Source: an uncultured Gammaproteobacteria bacterium (GTDB taxonomy: Bacteria > Patescibacteriota > Patescibacteriia > SG8-24). Taken from it: a stretch of 64,000 nt of DNA. Position 1 is the first letter of the stretch; every line of letters begins with the position of its first letter. The notes beneath the pieces are model-generated. The model saw nothing but the letters and a program-made list of their open reading frames with translations. It searched no databases and was not told the DNA's origin. This document shows positions 31,858 to 40,903 of the stretch, in pieces. The stretch covers positions 70,421 to 134,420 of the forward strand of contig CAZVED010000003.1 of the NCBI GenBank assembly GCA_964626205.1. The letters are read 5' to 3'. A program made the translations under genes and the position numbers.

Positions 31858-32642
31858 TTCCCTATATCGAATGGCGCATAATCGCCCTTGGGCCAGTACA
31901 TATCCAGGTCTGGGGGCTTTTTGTCGCGGCGGGCATCCTTGCCGCCGTCGCGCTCGGCAGGCGTGAGGCACGTCGTCTCGGGCTCGACCGTGATCGGTTC
32001 GTGGATCTTGCAGGCATGACGCTTGTCGCCGCGTTTATCGGAGCGCGGGTGTTCCACGTACTGCTCTACGAACCGCAGGCGTATCTTGCGGACCCTATGA
32101 GCATCCTCCGCGTCTGGGAAGGCGGTATGTCCATGATGGGCGGCATCGTCGGCGGCGCGGTCGGCGCATGGTATGCCGCTATGCGTGCTCGAGTAGACGT
32201 GTGGGCGTACGCCAACCTCATGGCTTTTATTTTGCCCCTAGGGTGCGGTATCGGGCGCATCGGTTGTTTTTTCATCCACGATCATCCGGGTACGCTGCGG
32301 AGCGGGGGATTTCTCACGGTGAAGTATCCGGACGGTGACCGCTACGATCATGGTCTGTTGCTATCCATCGTCGGCTTCGCGACGTTCGCAGTGTTCCTTG
32401 CCGTGCGTGCTCGGTCAGGTGCGCGCGTGCCGCGATTCCTGCCACTGTTCCTTGTGGCAGAAGGCGTAAGTCGTTTTACCCTCGATTTCCTCCGCGCCAC
32501 GGACCTTGCGGTCTCAGATACGCGATATGCCGGTCTGACACCGGCGCAGCTCATCGGTATCGCTCTCGTCGCGGTCGGCAGCAGGATGCTGTATACTGGA
32601 GGCCTATGGGACTCTTCATCAAGCGCAACGAAGACCTCCTGA
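31854..32642 (+). CDS. lgt: prolipoprotein diacylglyceryl transferase
   Basis: Polytopic. Lgt signature G-x-GRIGCF (LPLGCGIGRIGCFFIHDHPG) and conserved H/Y residues. Confidence 0.75.
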   Translation: MIPYIEWRIIALGPVHIQVWGLFVAAGILAAVALGRREARRLGLDRDRFVDLAGMTLVAAFIGARVFHVLLYEPQAYLADPMSILRVWEGGMSMMGGIVGGAVGAWYAAMRARVDVWAYANLMAFILPLGCGIGRIGCFFIHDHPGTLRSGGFLTVKYPDGDRYDHGLLLSIVGFATFAVFLAVRARSGARVPRFLPLFLVAEGVSRFTLDFLRATDLAVSDTRYAGLTPAQLIGIALVAVGSRMLYTGGLWDSSSSATKTS

Positions 32643-33073
32643 TCACCGTTCTCCGCTTCGCTGGTGGCAGCGTATTTTTGTGGTTCGGTATCGATAAGAT
32701 CATCCATACTCGTGCGTGGTTCGACTGGGTGCCGACGTGGGTCTGGCCGTACATCCCGATTCCGGCTGACGCGTTCATGTTCCTGCAAGGCGGCATCGAT
32801 TTCGCGATCGGTCTCGCTCTCGTCCTTGGTCGTTTTACACGTGTCGCGACGGCGCTCGCCATGGCGCTCCTTACGATGTTGTTCGTCCTGTTCGGTGCGA
32901 ACGAACTCATGATCCGGGATCTCGCGCTGCTCGGTATCTATCTCGCGCTGTTCATCAACGCGAATCGGACGGCGACGCGGTACCAGGTTCCTCGTCAGTG
33001 GCTTGCAGGCGCGGTGAGCGCGTATCTCATCCTTTTATTCGTCTCCGGCATCCTTTACCTTCGTACACCATGA
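32606..33073 (+). CDS. DoxX-family membrane protein
   Basis: 4 TM, 155 aa, DoxX-like topology. 37-nt overlap with the lgt 3' end makes the exact start uncertain. Confidence 0.5.
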   Translation: MGLFIKRNEDLLITVLRFAGGSVFLWFGIDKIIHTRAWFDWVPTWVWPYIPIPADAFMFLQGGIDFAIGLALVLGRFTRVATALAMALLTMLFVLFGANELMIRDLALLGIYLALFINANRTATRYQVPRQWLAGAVSAYLILLFVSGILYLRTP

Positions 33074-34596
33074 CCGACGCAAAGATTCTTCGCTACGGTG
33101 TCATGGCGGTCGCTATCGGCGGCGGCGTCATGGCCATCGAAATGACCGCCTCCCGGATGCTGGCGCCGTACTTCGGCACATCCATGATGGTCTGGACGAG
33201 TCTTATTTTGAGCGTGCTGACCGCACTGTCATTCGGATATTGGATCGGCGGGAACGCTGCTGCGCGCGGCGTCTCGGAAGGAACGGTCGGGTCGCTTCTT
33301 GCGGCGTCTGCCGCGACGGTCATCGCAGGAACGTGGGTCATTCGCGCTTTCGCGACATCGCTCATGGACGTGCTACAAGGATTTTCCGGCGCGACAGCAG
33401 GTCTCTTCGTCGGTTCGCTCGCCGTGTCGCTCTTCGTCTTCGCGCTACCGGTCTTTTTTCTTGCCATTGCTTCGCCCATGGTCGTGAAGCTTTGGACGTC
33501 GGCGGATCACGATGCTGGTCGCGCGGCAGGTCGGTACTTCGCGGTTTCGACCATTGGGAGCATGGCCGGAACGGTCGCTCCATCAATCGTGCTTGTGCCG
33601 CTCCTCGGCTCCCGCGGGACCATGCTCGCGACGGCAATTTTCCTGGCACTTGCCGCCATGCTTGCCATGCGTGGACGTCGGCGGATTACCGTCGGCGCGG
33701 GCATCTTTTTGTTGCTCTGGGTGACCATGGCGATTCCTGCCCGTGCGGAACAGGACGGGGTCTTGGCGACCGTGGAATCGTCGCATCAGCTCATCCGGGT
33801 CATGGAAGAGCCGGACGGGGGACGGAGCATCATCTTCAACGAGGGGCTCGGCGTACAGTCGGTGACGATTCCGGAGTCCGGCGTTACCGGGTATTACTAC
33901 GACCATTTTGCTGCGCTGCCAGCGCTTCTTGGTGCGCGTGCTAACGACCACGACGCCCTGCTTCTCGGTCTTGCTGCTGGGACCGGGGCTCGGCAGTACT
34001 TTGCTTTGCGCACGCCAGACCATCGCATTCGTTTCACCGGCGTGGAAATCGATGGAAAGGTCATCGAGGTCGCTCGAGCGTGGTTCGGGCTCGATGAGCT
34101 TCCTATCAATGTCGTAGAGCAGGATGCTCGTACGTTCTTGCGCGGGACGGATGAAATGTATGACGCCATCATGATTGACGCGTACGCCGTGCAGCTCTAC
34201 ATCCCGTCGCACCTCGTGACGGAAGAGTTCTTCCGTCTCGTCCGTGAACGCTTGCGCGAGGGCGGGTTCGTCGCGATGAACGTCAATGCGTCCTCCAGCG
34301 AGGCGCCACTCCTTGTCGGCATCACGAACACCCTCGCCGGCATTTTTCCGCACGTCACCGTCATCGACGTGAAGCCGGGATGGTGGAACCACATGGTCAT
34401 TGCGAGCGATCGGGAGCTTTCATTCGATGACGTGGCGTCAGCATTGCAGGACCCGTTCGGCGAGGTGCGAACCGCCTGGCTCGAACGCCGCACCACGGCC
34501 CCGCCGCACGACCCCTTTGGTATCGTCCTGACTGATGACACGGCCTCGGTCGAGTTCATGACCGAGAACATGATTCTGAGCTCCCTCTACCGTTGA
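33070..34596 (+). CDS. membrane-bound spermidine/spermine-synthase-like protein (polytopic N-domain plus C-terminal aminopropyl/methyltransferase fold)
   Basis: N-terminal ~7 TM, then LLLGLAAGTGARQYF...VEIDGKVIEVARAWF...YDAIMIDAY, typical of the spermidine-synthase-like Rossmann domain. ATG at 33070 overlaps the upstream TGA (ATGA). The track start 32998 is rejected. Confidence 0.65.
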   Translation: MTDAKILRYGVMAVAIGGGVMAIEMTASRMLAPYFGTSMMVWTSLILSVLTALSFGYWIGGNAAARGVSEGTVGSLLAASAATVIAGTWVIRAFATSLMDVLQGFSGATAGLFVGSLAVSLFVFALPVFFLAIASPMVVKLWTSADHDAGRAAGRYFAVSTIGSMAGTVAPSIVLVPLLGSRGTMLATAIFLALAAMLAMRGRRRITVGAGIFLLLWVTMAIPARAEQDGVLATVESSHQLIRVMEEPDGGRSIIFNEGLGVQSVTIPESGVTGYYYDHFAALPALLGARANDHDALLLGLAAGTGARQYFALRTPDHRIRFTGVEIDGKVIEVARAWFGLDELPINVVEQDARTFLRGTDEMYDAIMIDAYAVQLYIPSHLVTEEFFRLVRERLREGGFVAMNVNASSSEAPLLVGITNTLAGIFPHVTVIDVKPGWWNHMVIASDRELSFDDVASALQDPFGEVRTAWLERRTTAPPHDPFGIVLTDDTASVEFMTENMILSSLYR

Positions 34597-34630
34597 CGGA
34601 TAGGGGATTTTCCGCTGAGATGCCACCACT

Positions 34631-35767
34631 ATGATCCGCTTCGATATCCTCAAACGGTCCAAGAAGAGCCGTGCACGGCTCGGTGTCCTCACAACCTCGC
34701 ATGGCGAGGTGGAGACACCAGCACTCGTCACGGTCGCCACGCAGGCGACGGTGAAGACGTTGACGGTCGAACAGGCGAAAGCGGCCGGTTCCCGCATGCT
34801 CATTTGCAATACCTTCCATTTGCACCTCAAGCCGGGCGAGAAGGTCGTGAAAGACGCTGGTGGTCTCCACGAGTTCATGCAGTGGAAAGGTCCGCTCATG
34901 ACCGATTCAGGCGGGTACCAGGTATTCAGCCTCGGGTTCGGTCGCGACTACGGTGTAGGAAAGATCCAGCATGAGCGCACGAAGGAGCGTGTCGCGAAAG
35001 GTCACCAACCGAAGCTCCTCAAAATCACCGAGGAGGGCGTGACGTTCACCTCCTACCTCGACGGACGCAAGATCTTCATGGGACCGGAAGAGTCGATGAA
35101 AATCCAGTCGGCATTGGGTGCGGACATCATCTTCGCGTTCGATGAATGTCCGCCGACCATGGCCGATCGGGCCTACTCCGAGGAATCGCTCGCTCGTACG
35201 CATCGTTGGGCGAAACGCTCGCTTGATGCTCACGACCCCAAGCAGGCACTGTTCGGCGTCGTGCAGGGCGGCAAGTACAAGGACCTTCGTGCGTTGAGCG
35301 CTAGGACGCTCGCGGCGATGCCGTTTGACGGCTTCGGTATCGGCGGCGAGTTCGGCTACGACAAGAAGACCATGACGGCCATGCTCAAGACCGTCATGAA
35401 GGAATTGCCGGACGAAAAGCCACGCCACTTGCTCGGTATCGGGCACCCGCAGGACATCGTCCGTATCATCAAGGAGGGCGTCGATACGTTCGATTGCACC
35501 GTCCCCACACAGTACGCAAGGCATGGCACGGCGTTTACCTCGCGTGGCAGGCTGGAGATCGGCCGCTCGGTCTTCCTTAAGGATAAGAAGCCGTTGGATC
35601 CGAAGTGCTCCTGCGAGACCTGTACGAACTACACGCGCGCCTATCTCTGCCACCTTTACCGCGCCAAGGAATCGCTTGCAGGGACCTTGCTCACGTACCA
35701 CAACCTCGCGTTCTTCAATGAGATGGTCCGCAAGGTGCGCGTGGATATCAAGAAGGGGAAGATCTGA
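34631..35767 (+). CDS. tgt: queuine tRNA-ribosyltransferase
   Basis: TPALVTVATQATVK...DSGGYQVFSL...zinc site CSCETC..Y..HL. 378 aa. Confidence 0.9.
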   Translation: MIRFDILKRSKKSRARLGVLTTSHGEVETPALVTVATQATVKTLTVEQAKAAGSRMLICNTFHLHLKPGEKVVKDAGGLHEFMQWKGPLMTDSGGYQVFSLGFGRDYGVGKIQHERTKERVAKGHQPKLLKITEEGVTFTSYLDGRKIFMGPEESMKIQSALGADIIFAFDECPPTMADRAYSEESLARTHRWAKRSLDAHDPKQALFGVVQGGKYKDLRALSARTLAAMPFDGFGIGGEFGYDKKTMTAMLKTVMKELPDEKPRHLLGIGHPQDIVRIIKEGVDTFDCTVPTQYARHGTAFTSRGRLEIGRSVFLKDKKPLDPKCSCETCTNYTRAYLCHLYRAKESLAGTLLTYHNLAFFNEMVRKVRVDIKKGKI

Positions 35768-35898
35768 CCGTTATTCCGACCCGCACGGGTCCTACCGCTG
35801 CGTTTCTCCACTGCTCCGCGCGCAAGGCGCGCGGCTTGTGGAGGCCTCTCGCAGCGTCACCCGTGCGGACCAAGACGTGGACCTCCTTACAGCTTCCT

Positions 35899-36960
35899 AT
35901 GTCGTATGCGTTCGAAAAACTCCTCGCTCAGTACGACTACGCCTTTCCGGAGAGCGCGGTGGCTTTAGAGCCTTCCGTGCCACGCGATGCCGCGAAGCTC
36001 GTCGTGCTCGGTCCGAAGGGCAAGGCGCGCTACGCCACGTTTCGCGAACTCATGGAGCACCTTCCGCCACAATCGGTCCTCGTCATGAACCAGACGAAGG
36101 TCATCCCGGCGCGCATTGAGGCGGAGAAGCCGACCGGCGGCAAGGTGCGCATCCTCTATGTGGCAGCAGCCGGGAAGAAGCGCTTTCACGGACTTGCTGA
36201 CCGAAAAGTCGAGCCGGGAATGGTGCTGAAGGTCGGAAAGACTGCTGTAACCGTTGTTTCACGCGAAACAGGGGACTACGTTTTTGAGGTCGCAGGAACG
36301 GCACCGCTCGCGCTTTTTAAGAAATATGGCACGACACCGATTCCTCCGTACCTGAAGCATACGAAGCTTGGCGAAAAGGCGTTGCGTGAGAAGTATCAGA
36401 CCGTCTTTGCCAAGACTGAAGGTTCCGTTGCCGCACCGACCGCATCGCTGCACTTCACAAAAAGCCTTTTACAACGTTTGAAAAAGGCCGGTCACGACAT
36501 CGTCTATGTCACGTTGCATGTAAATCTCGGCACGTTTGCGCCACTCACGGAGCGCGCGGTCGCGGAAGGGCGCTTGCATGAGGAGCCGTACGAGATTGAT
36601 GCCAAGACTGCAACGCTTCTTGCGAAGGCGAAACAGGAAGGCCGTTTCATCGTTCCAGTCGGGACAACGGCATTGCGTACGTTGGAATCCGCTGCGGATG
36701 CACATGGGAAGCTTCGGCGACTGCATGGCAACACCAGGCTCTTCATTCGTCCCGGGTATCGGTTTCGATTCGTGAGCGGACTCATCACGAACTTCCATGT
36801 CCCCAAATCCAGCCTGCTCATGCTCGTGGCAGCCATGGTCGGACGGGAACGGCTCCTCAAGCTCTACGAGGAAGCCATCGGTAAGGGGTTCCGCATCTTC
36901 TCGTTCGGTGATGGAATGCTCATCCTGCCGGCGTCAGGCAAGAGCCAGCGACTCAGATAA
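35899..36960 (+). CDS. queA: S-adenosylmethionine:tRNA ribosyltransferase-isomerase
   Basis: YDYAFPESAVALEP...TTALRTLES...NFHVPKSSLLMLV motifs of QueA. The track start 35836 is an extension. Confidence 0.9.
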   Translation: MSYAFEKLLAQYDYAFPESAVALEPSVPRDAAKLVVLGPKGKARYATFRELMEHLPPQSVLVMNQTKVIPARIEAEKPTGGKVRILYVAAAGKKRFHGLADRKVEPGMVLKVGKTAVTVVSRETGDYVFEVAGTAPLALFKKYGTTPIPPYLKHTKLGEKALREKYQTVFAKTEGSVAAPTASLHFTKSLLQRLKKAGHDIVYVTLHVNLGTFAPLTERAVAEGRLHEEPYEIDAKTATLLAKAKQEGRFIVPVGTTALRTLESAADAHGKLRRLHGNTRLFIRPGYRFRFVSGLITNFHVPKSSLLMLVAAMVGRERLLKLYEEAIGKGFRIFSFGDGMLILPASGKSQRLR

Positions 36961-37681
36961 TAGCGACGTCTTTCGTGGCAAGTACCTCCTTTGATTCTCC
37001 GGCGTACAGGATGGCACGCGATGCGTACATGAACGGAATACCGACGAGGCCAACGATCCATTTGATGACGATATCGCCTTCGATGATCGGCAGGATCGGC
37101 ATGACGCCGAGGAAGGCGAGTGCGGTGAAGAGCGTGCTGTCGAGCGCCATGGACGGCATGGAGCTGAAGACGTTGCGGATCCAGAGGTAGCGACCCTTCG
37201 TACGGCGCTTGAGCGCATGGAACAGGTAGGCATCGACGTTTTCGCTGACCCAGAACGCGGCGAGACTCGCGATGATGATGCGTGCGGTATTGCCGAAGAC
37301 CGCCTCAAATGCAGCCTGGTGCTCGAAGAATGGCGCGCCATTCGCGTGGAGTACTAATTGTGCGAGCGCGATGACGCCGACTTGGCAGGCGACGGCGGTC
37401 GCAATCATGCGCTGCGTCTCGCGGCGACCGAATCGTTCGTTCACGATATCGGTGACAAGGAAGGTGACCCCAAAGACAAGGACGGTCGCCGGGGCATAGA
37501 AGACGGTGAAGCCGAGGTCGAACGCGATGATCTTGTTGACCGCGAGGTTGGCAAAGGTCACGAGAATCACGTAGAGCGCGACAAGGCCGTCCGGGTGGTG
37601 GTGGGCGCGCGCGTACCAGGCGCCGAGCACGGTGAAGGCGGAAATGATGGCAATCCAGAGGAGGATGAGCGGAAGCGTCAT
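36953..37681 (-). CDS. yhhQ: queuosine-precursor transporter (YhhQ/VUT family)
   Basis: 242 aa, ~6 TM. YhhQ-like motifs (FDLGFTVFYAPATVLVFGVTFLVTDIVNERFG). Convergent with queA, 8-nt 3' overlap. Confidence 0.7.
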   Translation of the reverse strand: MTLPLILLWIAIISAFTVLGAWYARAHHHPDGLVALYVILVTFANLAVNKIIAFDLGFTVFYAPATVLVFGVTFLVTDIVNERFGRRETQRMIATAVACQVGVIALAQLVLHANGAPFFEHQAAFEAVFGNTARIIIASLAAFWVSENVDAYLFHALKRRTKGRYLWIRNVFSSMPSMALDSTLFTALAFLGVMPILPIIEGDIVIKWIVGLVGIPFMYASRAILYAGESKEVLATKDVAII

Positions 37682-37794
37682 AGCCGTTTCTCTTCAAGAA
37701 TATGCGGAAGTATGGCATTCCTCGCCGCTGGTGTCGAATCCCTTGAAGGATTCCGCAGAAACGGGTACGCTGATGCCTGACCTGGAAAGACCTT

Positions 37795-37882
37795 GGAGAG
37801 GTCGCATAGTGGTCGAGTGCGCTCGCTTGGAAAGCGAGTATACCGCAAGGTATCGAGGGTTCGAATCCCTCCCTCTCCGCCA
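37795..37882 (+). tRNA. tRNA-Ser (anticodon GGA)
   Basis: Acceptor GGAGAGG/CCTCTCC. Anticodon stem CTCGC/GCGAG with loop TTGGAAA. Long variable arm (type II). T-arm GAGGG-TTCGAAT-CCCTC. Encoded CCA. Confidence 0.85.
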
Positions 37883-38201
37883 GCCGTTTGGAGCCCATCG
37901 TGTATGGGCGGCAGACGGCTGACTAACCTCAAACGTTCGTATGCCACATTTCATCTGCGAAGGAGGCTGTAAGGGTGTCTCGGATGTCGCTGGCACCTGC
38001 CAAGACGAGACCTGTCCGGACTACGGCAAGCCACTCGTTGACTGTGATTGCGAAGACGGCGTTCATCACAAGACGAGCGAGGATGCCGAGAGCGAAGAAG
38101 AGGCTGCTGAATAAGGCAAAAAAGGCCGAATCCATGAAGGGTTCGGCCTTTGCTTTACGCCCGTCGATACGGTAGGCTAGATACAGAATAAGCTTAAAAA
38201 C

Positions 38202-39008
38202 ATGCGTACACTCGTCACGCACAATCAGCCCCACCTCGACGACATCTGTGCCATGTGGCTTCTGGCACGGTACCTGCCGGAATATCAGGAGGCTGCGTTT
38301 CGTTTCATTCCCACGAACTTACCGAAGGAGCAGGTGCAAGACACCGACGAGGTCACGCATATCGGTGTCGGACGCGGACAGTTCGACGAGCACAAGGGTG
38401 ACATGGATGATTGCGCCACGACGCTGGTGTACAAGCACGTGCTTGCAAGCGTGGAGATTCCGGAGATGGAACGTCGTGCACTCGACAAGCTTGTCGCCTG
38501 GGCGAAAGACGAAGACATGGGTCGACTCCTTGCCGAACCGCGTCGCGAGTTCAGCATCCCTGCCGTGTTGCAGATCGCGTTCTTCTCCGAAGGACGCGAG
38601 TCCGAACCGGTGCGCTCGCTCGGCTTCTCCTTGCTCGACGCGATCATGGTCGGGCTCCGTAACCACGTCATCATCGACATGGATTGGCCGGATCGTATCG
38701 AGTATCAATCGCGGTTCGGCAAGGCTATCGCCATTCGCACGGACGGGCAGGAGTTTCCGTCGTTCGCCTACGCTAAAGGGTTCGATCTCGTCGTGCTTGT
38801 TGGCAAGGACACCAAGTATGCGACCATCCGTGCTGCAGCGACCGCGGATGTGGACCTGACGCCAGTCCGCGACGCTATTGTGGCTGCGGAGGATGCGACA
38901 TGGTTCTTCCACCACTCCAAGCGCATGCTCATCTGCGGAGGCCAGAAGACCGACGGCACCTGTGCGAGTACGCTCACGCTTGAACAGCTCGTCGAGATGA
39001 CGAAGTGA
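38202..39008 (+). CDS. putative metal-dependent hydrolase (MYG1/UPF0160-like N-terminal motif)
   Basis: N-terminus LVTHNQPHLDDICAMWLL resembles the THNG-FH-DE-LAC-LL motif of MYG1/UPF0160. Family assignment is tentative. Confidence 0.4.
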   Translation: MRTLVTHNQPHLDDICAMWLLARYLPEYQEAAFRFIPTNLPKEQVQDTDEVTHIGVGRGQFDEHKGDMDDCATTLVYKHVLASVEIPEMERRALDKLVAWAKDEDMGRLLAEPRREFSIPAVLQIAFFSEGRESEPVRSLGFSLLDAIMVGLRNHVIIDMDWPDRIEYQSRFGKAIAIRTDGQEFPSFAYAKGFDLVVLVGKDTKYATIRAAATADVDLTPVRDAIVAAEDATWFFHHSKRMLICGGQKTDGTCASTLTLEQLVEMTK

Positions 39009-40861
39009 CCAACGCACCCATGGCGCACGATCCCGTCGTCGAGGAAATCAAATCCAAACTGGATATCGTCCAGGTTGTTTCGGAGTACGTCCAGCTCAAG
39101 AAGGCCGGCACACGCATGTCGGGCCTTTGCCCGTTCCATAGCGAGCGGACACCGTCATTTTCCGTCTCGCCAGACATGCAGTTCTGGTATTGTTTCGGCT
39201 GCAATGAAGGCGGGGACGCCATCAATTTCGTCATGCGCATGGAAGGGTTCGACTTTCCGGAGGCACTCAAGGTGCTCGCCAAGCGCACAGGCATCCAGCT
39301 CAAAGCCGAAGATCCGCAGAAATCCGGACGCCGCCAGCGGCTCATCGATGTCAATGCGGCGGCTGCGCGGTTCTTTCACGAGGTGCTTATGAAGCATCCC
39401 TCCGCCGAGACGGCACGGAAGTACGCTGCAGAGAAGCGCGCGCTCAAACCGGAAACCATCGAGGACCTGCTCATCGGGTATGCGCCGGATTCCTGGGATG
39501 CCACGTCCGCCGCGCTCAAGAAGAAAGGCTTCACGGAAGAGGAAATCGTTGCGGCAGGTATCGCTACAAAGCGTGACAAGGGTGGTGGTACGTTCGACCG
39601 CTTCCGTGCGCGTCTTATGTTCCCAATCCGCGACGTGCACGGCAACATCGTCGGTTTCACTGGCCGCATCCTTCCGGGTTCGCCGGATGCGGACAAGGAG
39701 GAAGCGAAGTACGTGAACACGCAGCAGACCGATGTCTACAATAAGTCCTCCGTGCTGTTCGGGCTAGATCGCGCCAAGCGCGCCATCCGTAAGGTGGAGT
39801 ACGCCGTCGTGGTGGAGGGAAACATGGACGTCGTGGCATCACACCAGGCCGGTGTCACGAATGTTGTGGCGAGTTCCGGCACGGCGCTGACAGAACAACA
39901 GCTCGACTTGTTGAGTCGTTACACGGACAAGCTCGTGCTCTCCTTCGATAACGATGCTGCCGGAGAGCGCGCTGCCCGTCGCGGTATCGAGCTCGCACTG
40001 CAGAAGGGGTTCACTGTGCGCGTGCTGCGCCTGCCGCCGGAAGCGGGAAAGGATCCGGACGACGCCATCCGCAAGGACGTGAAGCTCTGGCAACAGGCTA
40101 TCACGGACTCCGCACCATTCATGCAGTGGAACATCGAGCTCGTCCGTGAGCGGACGGATATGACTGATCCGGAGGCGAAGAAGGCAGCGTCGGCAGAGCT
40201 CATTGCGGAGGTCGCGAAACTTCCGTCGGCGGTGGAGCGAGCGCATTGGATCAAGGAGCTCGGCATGTTGTTCACCACGCCAGAATCCCTTTTGTTCGAA
40301 GAGGTCGAGAAAGCCCGTGGAAATGCCAAGTTCCGACCGGAGGATGCAAAGCGGAAGGTTGCTGGCATTGTCCCAGCCTCTCCTGGGGCTCGGAAGGCAC
40401 CTGGACGGGCGACACTGCTCTCCGAGACCGTGGTAGGCATGCTTTTGGCCTGGCCACGGCTTACCGAGCTCTCCGCACAGATTCTGCCGGATTTAGGCAT
40501 CCTGGAGGGAGGATTCGGCGAACTTTACAGGGATTTCCTGGCGTTCTATACTGATGAGCGATCCAAAGACGGGGCACCAGAGGAAGTCGCTATTCGCACG
40601 TATGTCCAGCGGCTCGATGAAAACGCCGCAACAATTGCCGCATCAGCCCGACTCCGTGCAGAGCACGAGTTCGAGAAGCTGAGCGACGACGGACGCCGCG
40701 ACGCACTTACCTCGCTTATCGGAGAGCTCAAGCATCTCCACGCAAGCCGTCGTCAGCAGGAGCTCACCTATGCCATGGCCCAAGCGGAAAAGGACGGGGA
40801 CATGGCCACAATCCAGCACATCCAAGAACAGTTACAAAAGCTCATGCGCGGTGACGCGTAG
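39005..40861 (+). CDS. dnaG: DNA primase DnaG
   Basis: Zinc-binding CPFHSERTPSFSVSPDMQFWYCFGC, TOPRIM domain (VVVEGNMDVV...DNDAAG). GTG at 39005 overlaps the upstream stop. An alternative ATG lies at 39020. Confidence 0.9.
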   Translation: MTNAPMAHDPVVEEIKSKLDIVQVVSEYVQLKKAGTRMSGLCPFHSERTPSFSVSPDMQFWYCFGCNEGGDAINFVMRMEGFDFPEALKVLAKRTGIQLKAEDPQKSGRRQRLIDVNAAAARFFHEVLMKHPSAETARKYAAEKRALKPETIEDLLIGYAPDSWDATSAALKKKGFTEEEIVAAGIATKRDKGGGTFDRFRARLMFPIRDVHGNIVGFTGRILPGSPDADKEEAKYVNTQQTDVYNKSSVLFGLDRAKRAIRKVEYAVVVEGNMDVVASHQAGVTNVVASSGTALTEQQLDLLSRYTDKLVLSFDNDAAGERAARRGIELALQKGFTVRVLRLPPEAGKDPDDAIRKDVKLWQQAITDSAPFMQWNIELVRERTDMTDPEAKKAASAELIAEVAKLPSAVERAHWIKELGMLFTTPESLLFEEVEKARGNAKFRPEDAKRKVAGIVPASPGARKAPGRATLLSETVVGMLLAWPRLTELSAQILPDLGILEGGFGELYRDFLAFYTDERSKDGAPEEVAIRTYVQRLDENAATIAASARLRAEHEFEKLSDDGRRDALTSLIGELKHLHASRRQQELTYAMAQAEKDGDMATIQHIQEQLQKLMRGDA

Positions 40862-40903
40862 GAGCGCCGTTTCCGCGGCAATCGCGGGACGCTAGACATC
40901 GTT

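Noticed and set aside
37929-38234. 101-aa minus-strand ORF between tRNA-Ser and the MYG1-like gene
   Set aside because: Starts on GTG and overlaps the 5' end of the + strand gene at 38202. No SD. Likely spurious.
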